Assembly (NCBI GenBank): GCA_946611235.1
Contig: CAMODE010000028.1
Span: 601 to 64,600, forward strand
Length of the DNA stretch: 64,000 nt
Reading direction: 5' to 3'
Origin: an uncultured Bacillales bacterium
Lineage (GTDB): Bacteria > Bacillota_I > Bacilli_A > RF39 > UBA660
Part shown: positions 56,610-64,000 of the stretch, in pieces
Position numbering within the stretch: the first letter of the stretch is position 1
Layout: each line of letters opens with the position of its first letter
Notes under the pieces: model-generated
Database searches by the model: none
The model's input: the letters and a program-made list of their open reading frames with translations, nothing else
Told to the model about the DNA's origin: nothing
Program-made: the position numbers and the translations under genes

Positions 56610-57446
56610 TTATTCTTCTTCAGTAACCTGATCACTTATTTGCGGTAAATCACTAACATCAACAAATGCTGTCTTAGAATTAATAAACTCTTCTATTTGA
56701 GTACTACTTACATGAACAGAATCACTTTCTGTTAAAGTCTCAGTATTAGGAATAAGTATTAATTCCACATCATAATTACTCAAATATAAAGCCTTTCTAA
56801 GAAGTAAATGTGTCTCTTCTGGTACAGCAAATAATAAATAAGCTGGAGTTCTCGTTTCCTCAGTATTTTCAAATACATGTCTACCAGAAGAATCCTTAAC
56901 ATCAAGAATTTCAACATTACTAATAAACTTACCAAACATAACCTCTCCATCATCATTAAGAGATTTATAATAAATATTAATATAACTACCAGGAGCCATT
57001 GAATTAGCATATGTCGTATAAATAGTAACAGGATAAATAATAATCGTATAACCTTCTGGAACATTCATAAATGAAGAATCAGGAAGATCCTTTTCATCAA
57101 TAACTAAATCACTATAAAACAAACTACCTTTAGCAATAACTGTATTATAATTAGAATACTTTCCAATAATGTTATTAACATTAGAATAATATCCACTAGT
57201 AGCATTTTTTCTCGCCGCATTTAAAAATTGTCTAGGAACATTCATCATACCAATCATATCACTAGTAATATAAGTCCTAGGTTGAATAGTATCCTTAGCA
57301 TAAGGAACTTGTACTAATTCAACTTGTGAATTAATACGATAATTATAACCAATATAAAGTATTACTAAACATAATACAACCCCCAATATAGTAACAGTAT
57401 TTTTGTTACCCATAAATTTCTTAATTGAAGCACTCAAATTATTCAT
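56610..57446 (-). CDS. cpaB: CpaB/RcpC-like pilus assembly protein (TM + SAF-like domain)
   Basis: N-terminal TM, then VQVPYAKDTIQPRTYITSDMIGMMNVPRQF, typical of the SAF domain start in CpaB. Confidence 0.5.
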   Translation of the reverse strand: MNNLSASIKKFMGNKNTVTILGVVLCLVILYIGYNYRINSQVELVQVPYAKDTIQPRTYITSDMIGMMNVPRQFLNAARKNATSGYYSNVNNIIGKYSNYNTVIAKGSLFYSDLVIDEKDLPDSSFMNVPEGYTIIIYPVTIYTTYANSMAPGSYINIYYKSLNDDGEVMFGKFISNVEILDVKDSSGRHVFENTEETRTPAYLLFAVPEETHLLLRKALYLSNYDVELILIPNTETLTESDSVHVSSTQIEEFINSKTAFVDVSDLPQISDQVTEEE

Positions 57447-57472
57447 TTTATTCCTCCTTCGCTTCTCTTATT

Positions 57473-58411
57473 TTATACAAATATATCATAATTCCATCTA
57501 ATTTTATACTTAACAAAAAGTATTTTATTATCACTATTATTAATAGTACCTCTCCACTTAAATATAAAAGTATTAACACCATTACATCTAGAATCAACAT
57601 TACTATTACATAAATAAATATCATCAATTTTAGATATATTTAAATTACCAGTATAATACCTATCAATATCATAATAACTCATATCAAAATATGAAGATTT
57701 ACCAGTTACCCAATCAACTTCTCTCTTTAGAAAAGCCATGGAAACATTCTCAAACAAATTATCATCAATAACATTAGGTCCATCAATAATTTCTACACTA
57801 TTAACTTTAATAAGTCCACCCCGAACATCCAAAATATCAGGAATCTTTAGAACTTGATTAAAATCAACGTTATTAGATTTAACACCAATAAAGGAATAAT
57901 AATCACCTTCATAACTCTTGCTAATATAACCATTATTTATTCCAGAAAAATAATTACTACTTTCATCATAAAAGATAGAATCTTCACCAATATTATAAAA
58001 ATCAAAATTATTATATTCTAATATTGCGCTAAGAGAATTAACAACATTATAATCCGAAGTATCTTTATAAATAGTATAGGATCCTATTCCAGTATCAATC
58101 ATAATAGTAACCTTAGGAGGACTTTCCATAATATCAAACATTTTAATCGTATAAGAACTTCCCATAAAAAGAGTAGATTCAGCAAATCTTCTAGTAAAAC
58201 TTTCAACAAAAACCTTTTCTCTAATTCTAAGTTCACCAGTTTCTCTATAAGTCTTATAATCAATAGCATCAAACATAGAAGCCTCTGTTACTTCTTTCAA
58301 TAAATAGTAATCATTCTCATTATTAGTAGTAAGACTTTGAAATAATAAAATAATAGCAATTCCTATTAATCCTAAAATAGTAACACCAATAGTAGCAAAA
58401 GACCATTTCAC
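57473..58411 (-). CDS. membrane-anchored hypothetical protein
   Basis: N-terminal TM (ATIGVTILGLIGIAIILLF). 4-nt overlap with the upstream gene. Confidence 0.55.
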   Translation of the reverse strand: MKWSFATIGVTILGLIGIAIILLFQSLTTNNENDYYLLKEVTEASMFDAIDYKTYRETGELRIREKVFVESFTRRFAESTLFMGSSYTIKMFDIMESPPKVTIMIDTGIGSYTIYKDTSDYNVVNSLSAILEYNNFDFYNIGEDSIFYDESSNYFSGINNGYISKSYEGDYYSFIGVKSNNVDFNQVLKIPDILDVRGGLIKVNSVEIIDGPNVIDDNLFENVSMAFLKREVDWVTGKSSYFDMSYYDIDRYYTGNLNISKIDDIYLCNSNVDSRCNGVNTFIFKWRGTINNSDNKILFVKYKIRWNYDIFV

Positions 58412-60462
58412 TCATTACCACCTACTTTTAATCCCGTTTCATTAATAAAACTATCAAAATCAAAGTTAAAGTAATTATTTGAACTATTATATTTCTTAAT
58501 ATTATAAATACTATTACTATTAAGTTCAATACTATAATCTAAATGATCATATGCTTCTTTTAATCTATCTCTATTATTATTATACCACAAATACCAATTT
58601 AAGCCAACTGCTCTATTAGGACCGGGAAAAGGATTATCCAAATCAATAGGCCTATATATATATTTATAAATAACCTTAGATTTAGTATTATCTCCATCAT
58701 TATTAAAATCAGAGTTACTATAAGAACCAGGTCCTAATTTGTAAACATTAATATCACAGCTACCATCTGAAGATAAAACTATTTCGTCCCATTTACTACC
58801 ATACCACACTTTATTACCTTCTCCATCACTCTTAGCATAATCCCTATTTAACAAACTAGCATTCAATATACTAGCAGAAACCCTATAAACAGGAACATAT
58901 TCTAAAGGTAAATAATACTTGTTATTAATACCATAATCAAACATAGCATCAATATCATCTTTTTTAATAGAGCCATCTTCGTTAACAACTTGAGGATTAA
59001 AATAGAATAAGCAAATAGTTTCAACAGAATTATTATTTTTTGTTTGAGAACACTGCTTATTTAAAAAAGAACTATCTACTAAAATATTACCTATTTTAAA
59101 ATTTTCAAGTGCAATATTATCATAACTAATTACTCTATCATTCATAACATTAGTAATATTAACATCTTTCGATCCACTTACATAATCAAAATCAATTTTA
59201 TTATAATATATAATACCAAACTTAATACCTCCCCCATTATATATCTCTTTAGGAGTAAGTATATTAGAAATAACCCCTGTCTGCTTAATACTAACAACAG
59301 CAGTTTCATTTCCATCATGAACCGTCAATTCCTCACATTCACTTAACAATCTCTCTGAATTATTACATGATAAAGGGCCATTATTAGATTTATCAATAGA
59401 GCACTTTTTATCATCTATAAAATCAACAGTTAATGTTGTTTGTCCAGCCGGCAAAGCCCAACTTCTATATATTTTAGCTGTAGTAACATTACCAGGAAAT
59501 AAACCTGTATTATCCGTATTAATAATATAATCACCAGGCCCACATTTATATACAATATTACAATCAGTATCCTTAATCTTTTTAGTATATTCATAATAAT
59601 CATTATTAATATATATACGATCATTAACCCCAATAACATTTCCTGTATAATAAGAATTATTTCTAAAAACTCTAGGGATTCCATGGTGAACAGTAACATA
59701 AAGTTCATTTTTAGAAATAGAACTATTATGTATTTTAACTTTACTAGAAGATCCACTTTTAACATTGTCTGCAATATATATTTCACTACCAGCCCATAAC
59801 CTATTATCATAACTAATAGCACTAATCTTTCCTTTTAAACCCCTAGTACCATAACAAATACCATTATTATATTTACTATTAAAATCATTATTAGTAGCAT
59901 AAATATAGAATTTATAAGTTACATTATCAGATAAATTCAACGAAGAAAGATTCAATTCAATATGAAACCCTATATCTTCATATAAGCACTGATAGCACTC
60001 ACCTGCACCACAACTTTTATCACTAATATTACATGAATTTGCATCATATTTACCAGTTAAATGATTTTTATTATTATAATATTCATCTGCTACATTAGCA
60101 TTCAATTTATCGTAAAATTGCATATAATAAAAGTTATATTTCTTTAATTCACTAGAATTAGTTCCTCTATAGCCACTATATAAAGAATTATTTAAATATT
60201 TCTTTTCTCCAGTTAAAGTATTTTCAGCAACAATTATAATATCCTGCCCACCACCATAGCTAGCAGAACCATAAACCTTTTTATTTCTCGAATTGTTTGT
60301 AAAATGAATAAAAGCCCAACCATCAAAAACAATTTTCTCATCACTAACATTTAATTTGGTAATTTCATATATAAGATCTCCACAATTAGCCTTAGAGACA
60401 GGTAACCCAATAAAAAATAATGTAATAATATATATAAGTATAAAATATTTTGATCTTTTCAT
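58408..60462 (-). CDS. large secreted Asn/Tyr/Cys-rich protein (candidate adhesin)
   Basis: Signal peptide. 684 aa. No recognisable catalytic motif. Confidence 0.55.
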   Translation of the reverse strand: MKRSKYFILIYIITLFFIGLPVSKANCGDLIYEITKLNVSDEKIVFDGWAFIHFTNNSRNKKVYGSASYGGGQDIIIVAENTLTGEKKYLNNSLYSGYRGTNSSELKKYNFYYMQFYDKLNANVADEYYNNKNHLTGKYDANSCNISDKSCGAGECYQCLYEDIGFHIELNLSSLNLSDNVTYKFYIYATNNDFNSKYNNGICYGTRGLKGKISAISYDNRLWAGSEIYIADNVKSGSSSKVKIHNSSISKNELYVTVHHGIPRVFRNNSYYTGNVIGVNDRIYINNDYYEYTKKIKDTDCNIVYKCGPGDYIINTDNTGLFPGNVTTAKIYRSWALPAGQTTLTVDFIDDKKCSIDKSNNGPLSCNNSERLLSECEELTVHDGNETAVVSIKQTGVISNILTPKEIYNGGGIKFGIIYYNKIDFDYVSGSKDVNITNVMNDRVISYDNIALENFKIGNILVDSSFLNKQCSQTKNNNSVETICLFYFNPQVVNEDGSIKKDDIDAMFDYGINNKYYLPLEYVPVYRVSASILNASLLNRDYAKSDGEGNKVWYGSKWDEIVLSSDGSCDINVYKLGPGSYSNSDFNNDGDNTKSKVIYKYIYRPIDLDNPFPGPNRAVGLNWYLWYNNNRDRLKEAYDHLDYSIELNSNSIYNIKKYNSSNNYFNFDFDSFINETGLKVGGNE

Positions 60463-61145
60463 TTCAAAACACCCCTATTCTTTTTTCTTCTTATAAAAAT
60501 AATAAAAGCAAAAAAAATCAAAATAAATGCAAAAGTAAAAATAAAATAAACATATTTTTCTTTAATATAACTATACAAATAGTTAAGATAATATGATATA
60601 TTTATGTTTTCAGCAGTCTTTTCATCACTCTTGTTATTATCAGTATTTCTTTTATAATCATTGATTTTTTTTTCAAAATATTCATAAGACACTTCATGTT
60701 CAAAATATTTTCCACACAAAGCAAAATCATTTCCACTTATGCCTTCACACAAAGGATCCAAAGAATAAATATTAAATCTGGGTAAAGTAACATTAATAGT
60801 AGACAAGATGATATCACATTTTTTTGAAATAATATAATATTTGTATGTTCCAGTATCACTTTCAAAAGTAATATAATTAGAATTAAAATCTCTATCTAAT
60901 AAATTCCCAAAATCATCTTTTATATTAAAATCAGTAGTTAATTTGTTGAAAGTTAAAGTAAAATGATTATATTCTAATAATCCACCTTCCACTTCAACAG
61001 CCCCCAAATGTTTATAAGTTACTTTAATTTTATCAGCCTCTTTTTTTAATAAACTAATTTCGTCATTAGTGCATTGAGCATTAACACAGTTAATAAGTAA
61101 ACAAGAAAATAATATAGTAAAAACAAAATAACATATTTTTTTCAT
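60459..61145 (-). CDS. secreted protein with C-terminal TM anchor
   Basis: Signal peptide (KKICYFVFTILFSCLLINCVNA). C-terminal TM followed by RRKKNRG and no LPXTG. First gene of the block. Confidence 0.55.
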   Translation of the reverse strand: MKKICYFVFTILFSCLLINCVNAQCTNDEISLLKKEADKIKVTYKHLGAVEVEGGLLEYNHFTLTFNKLTTDFNIKDDFGNLLDRDFNSNYITFESDTGTYKYYIISKKCDIILSTINVTLPRFNIYSLDPLCEGISGNDFALCGKYFEHEVSYEYFEKKINDYKRNTDNNKSDEKTAENINISYYLNYLYSYIKEKYVYFIFTFAFILIFFAFIIFIRRKKNRGVLK

Positions 61146-61281
61146 ACATACCTCCACTAGTTTACTCTATATAAATATAACATTTTTTTTCAAAAAAAGA
61201 AAGACATTTTCTATATTTTATAATACAAATAATATTAAAAGAAAAAGGCAATAATAAAAGAAAAAAGAATAGTATTTAAAA

Positions 61282-61791
61282 CTACTCTGTCTTTAAATAA
61301 TCTTCTCCTTTAAAAGGATCACTAAATAGTAAATTAGGAAAGCCTTGCTGTCTTAATGCCTCATATGTAACAATAGCGGCACAATTAGATAAATTAAGTG
61401 CTCTAACATTACCACTAGTAGGTATCCTATAACATTTATCCAAATTATCATGTAATATATTTTTTGGAATACCTGTACTTTCTTTTCCAAAAATCAAATA
61501 AATATTTTCTTCCTTATCAGAAAAATCAATATCACTATAAGGTTTAGTTCCATATCTAGTAAAATAATAAAATTTTCCATTATTTTTAGATAGAAAATCA
61601 TTATAATCTAAGTATATTTCATAATTAACCTTATCTATATAATTAGCCCCACTTCTTTTAATCCTATTTTTATCAAAGATAAAACCAAAAGGTTCAATTA
61701 AATGTAATTTAGAATTAGTCGCAGCACAAGTCCTCATAATATTACCTGTATTTTCAGCAATTTCTGGTTCAAATAAAACAATATTAATCAT
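61282..61791 (-). CDS. trmL: tRNA (cytidine/uridine34-2'-O)-methyltransferase (SpoU/TrmL)
   Basis: MINIVLFEPEIAENTGNIMRTCAAT...LHLIEPFGF...LIFGKESTGIP...RALNLSN. Confidence 0.85.
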   Translation of the reverse strand: MINIVLFEPEIAENTGNIMRTCAATNSKLHLIEPFGFIFDKNRIKRSGANYIDKVNYEIYLDYNDFLSKNNGKFYYFTRYGTKPYSDIDFSDKEENIYLIFGKESTGIPKNILHDNLDKCYRIPTSGNVRALNLSNCAAIVTYEALRQQGFPNLLFSDPFKGEDYLKTE

Positions 61792-62281
61792 TAATAACAC
61801 CCTTTTCAACTAAAAATTTTTTAACTGCTTCAATATCATAATTATTATCCTTAATATTAAAAATATATTGGACACTACCATTATTAAAAACAATAATATA
61901 AGGAAAATTAAGACCATAATTATCATTAATTATTTTATGAGAAATATTATTACTAAGATCATTTGTAATATCCATATATAAAATAGCATTATTAAGTGAA
62001 TACTTATTAATAAATCTCTTAAATTTATTTTCAAATTTCCTAATTTCATAATCATTCAAAACAGAAACATAAATAATAGCTTCTTTATTCTCAACTAAAT
62101 AATTATCAAGTTCATTGAATTGAATAACTTCCAAATAATCATCAATGAAAGGAGTATTAATTCTAGCCTCTTGATAAGCACTGTGCCATAAATAAAAATA
62201 TAAAGCACCAAAAATAGATAATAATAAAATAATAAACAAAAGTATATAATTTTTTAAGGGTATATTTTTGACAACATCCAT
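61784..62281 (-). CDS. membrane-anchored protein, possibly thioredoxin-like fold without CXXC
   Basis: N-terminal TM plus a ~130-aa domain. No active-site cysteines. Confidence 0.35.
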   Translation of the reverse strand: MDVVKNIPLKNYILLFIILLLSIFGALYFYLWHSAYQEARINTPFIDDYLEVIQFNELDNYLVENKEAIIYVSVLNDYEIRKFENKFKRFINKYSLNNAILYMDITNDLSNNISHKIINDNYGLNFPYIIVFNNGSVQYIFNIKDNNYDIEAVKKFLVEKGVIND

Positions 62282-62396
62282 AAAACACTCTCCACTAGTC
62301 AAGTATACCAAAAAGAAAAAAAAATAACAATAAAAAAAAAATAATTGTTAATAAAAACTAATAATGTTATAATATATCTACAAAAAGGAGAAAAAA

Positions 62397-63008
62397 ATGA
62401 AAGAAAACTATAGTGAAAAATGTGAAAAAATATTAAAAGGATTAAAAGAAAAAAAGAAAGTATTACTACATAGTTGTTGTGGCCCTTGTAGTAGTTATGT
62501 AATAACATATTTAACAAAATATTTTGATATAACAATATTTTATTATAATCCAAATATATATCCTTATGAAGAATATTCAAAAAGAAAAGAAGAACAAATA
62601 AAAGTAATAAAAGAATTAAATAAAACAAGTAAAAACAATATCGATATAATAGATTGTGATTATGATAATAATGTATACGAAAAAAAAATAAAAGGATTAG
62701 AAAAAGAACCAGAAAGAGGAAAAAGATGTGAAATATGTTACAAAATCAGAATGGAAAAAACAGCAATTACCGCTATTAAAAACAATTATGATTACTTTTG
62801 TACTACACTATCAGTTAGCCCATATAAAAATGCCTATTTAATAAATCAAATAGGAGAAGAAATAGAAAAAAAATATAAAATAAAGTGGCTTTATTCAGAC
62901 TTCAAAAAAAAAGATGGATATAAAAAATCCATTGAATTATCAAAAAAATATAATTTATATAGACAAGATTATTGTGGTTGTATATACTCTCAAAGAAAAG
63001 AATTATAA
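62397..63008 (+). CDS. queH: epoxyqueuosine reductase QueH (DUF208)
   Basis: LLHSCCGPCS, CEICY..R, YCGCIYS cysteine pattern. Confidence 0.85.
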   Translation: MKENYSEKCEKILKGLKEKKKVLLHSCCGPCSSYVITYLTKYFDITIFYYNPNIYPYEEYSKRKEEQIKVIKELNKTSKNNIDIIDCDYDNNVYEKKIKGLEKEPERGKRCEICYKIRMEKTAITAIKNNYDYFCTTLSVSPYKNAYLINQIGEEIEKKYKIKWLYSDFKKKDGYKKSIELSKKYNLYRQDYCGCIYSQRKEL

Positions 63009-63908
63009 ACTTTTCACAATAATAATAGAAATTGCAACTACAATAGCAGCCAAAATAAGACAAAGTGTTCCAATTATAATATAACTATTGCTGGCAAATC
63101 CAGCACTTTTTTTTAATATTTTAATTTTATTAGAAGCCAAAGAAGGCCCACCACTAGATGAACTATCTTGATCTAAAATATTTAAATCATACTGAGCATT
63201 AAAATTATCATTAAAAGCATAACTATTAGTAGTAGGTTCAACATTATTAACAGCTGTATTCTCCGATAGAACAAAGTTAAATCTACTAGATGAATCACTT
63301 ACCGAATTAGCATCAAAACCAAAATTAGAATTAGCAAAGCTATTAGAAGAAGTATAATTAGTATCAGCATTATAACTATTCAATCCATTAGAATTATTAA
63401 ACATAATACTACCAGAACTATAAAGAGAATATGGTAAAGACCCAACAGAACTATTATAAGTTGAACTAAAAGAATTTGCCATAAACAAATCATAAAAAGA
63501 TTTCACAAAATAAGTATAATCTTCAGTAGAATTAGCAAATACAGAATTACTAAATAAATATTGTTCACCCAAATCAAAATTATTATTAATTAAATGAATA
63601 TTATTTTCATTTAAATAACTATTTAATGCAATTTGATAATCACCACTCTTAGAATAACTAGCAGGAAAAATAACAAATAAATTATAAACAATGTCATAAA
63701 TACCATTTTTTTCCATTGAATCAATATCAGCAATAGAATAATTTCCATTATTAGAAAAAATTCTAGAACAAAAAATTTTGCATAACCCTTCCTTTAAAGA
63801 TAAAGAATATGCTAAATAATCATTATTATTGTATACAAAACCAAATAAAGGAAAAGATGGAAAGGCAACAGAATTAACTCTATCAATAACAACAAAATTT
63901 TTATTCAT
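63003..63908 (-). CDS. hypothetical protein, S/N-rich with C-terminal TM
   Basis: ORF with GGAGG SD. C-terminal TM IIIGTLCLILAAIVVAISIIIV. Confidence 0.5.
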   Translation of the reverse strand: MNKNFVVIDRVNSVAFPSFPLFGFVYNNNDYLAYSLSLKEGLCKIFCSRIFSNNGNYSIADIDSMEKNGIYDIVYNLFVIFPASYSKSGDYQIALNSYLNENNIHLINNNFDLGEQYLFSNSVFANSTEDYTYFVKSFYDLFMANSFSSTYNSSVGSLPYSLYSSGSIMFNNSNGLNSYNADTNYTSSNSFANSNFGFDANSVSDSSSRFNFVLSENTAVNNVEPTTNSYAFNDNFNAQYDLNILDQDSSSSGGPSLASNKIKILKKSAGFASNSYIIIGTLCLILAAIVVAISIIIVKSL

Positions 63909-64000
63909 AAATACCTCCATATCCTTATTCTACAGTAAGTATAGCACATTTTGTTATAACGTGCAATAGAAAAAAAAGAAACACTAAATATTTTTCAAAA

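Noticed and set aside
39537-61157. Interpreting the T4SS block as a standard integrative conjugative element or as a prophage.
   Set aside because: No integrase, relaxase, excisionase, replication genes, att-like direct repeats, or any capsid, terminase or tail genes are present. The flanks are housekeeping genes in the same orientation. An ICE cannot be fully excluded without the rest of the genome.
62299-62628. Minus-strand 109-aa ORF overlapping the queH start.
   Set aside because: It is a low-complexity F/L/I/Y string antisense to the well-supported queH gene and its promoter region.
1-64000. Alternative genetic code (UGA = Trp, Mollicutes-type), considered because of the extreme AT content and Mollicutes-like fused ABC proteins.
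   Set aside because: Long ORFs are intact under the standard code, Trp is encoded by TGG in conserved positions (for example WCGPC and WSGGTF), and TGA terminates well-defined ORFs.
1-64000. tRNA, rRNA, riboswitch or T-box elements.
   Set aside because: I could not recognise any cloverleaf-capable GC-rich ~75-nt segment, rRNA signature, or conserved riboswitch core by eye in the intergenic regions. A covariance-model scan would be needed to be definitive.

Overview
Very AT-rich chromosomal segment from a spore-forming low-GC Bacillota (Erysipelotrichia/Clostridia-like; standard genetic code). Almost all genes lie on the minus strand. Housekeeping and sporulation genes recognised from the translations: gap (partial), gpr, rpsT, two fused ABC ATPase/FtsX-permease genes, recD2, spoVID plus a CotS-family gene, trmK-sigA-dnaG, mscS, hemW, sspI, holA, trxA, cvpA, cotJ(A/B)-cotJC, ssb, an Amidase_3 amidase, sufB, yunB, trmL and queH. 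Accessory content: (1) two copies of a ~450-nt cassette that looks like a type I toxin-antitoxin module, with a hydrophobic mini-ORF, a convergent sRNA and strong promoters; (2) a tandem array of ORF6N-domain genes (two intact, one decayed) that carries structure-conserving DNA palindromes inside the coding sequence; (3) an IS200/IS605-family element (tnpA+tnpB with a structured right end/omega-RNA region) inserted in a decayed yhcG-type PDDEXK nuclease gene; (4) the main candidate system, a ~21.6-kb single-strand block (39537-61157). This block joins a Tad/Flp-type pilus module (CpaB-, CpaF-, TadB-, TadC-, Flp-, TadE- and TadZ-like) to a Gram-positive MPF-FA-type T4SS module (VirB6-, VirB3-, split VirB4, M23 hydrolase, VirB8-position protein, SPFH protein, VirD4 coupling protein, three pilin-like two-TM modules). 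It has no relaxase, integrase or prepilin peptidase in the window and sits between housekeeping genes. No rRNA, tRNA or CRISPR array was recognised. All function calls rest on my own motif and family recognition from the translations; no database search was run.
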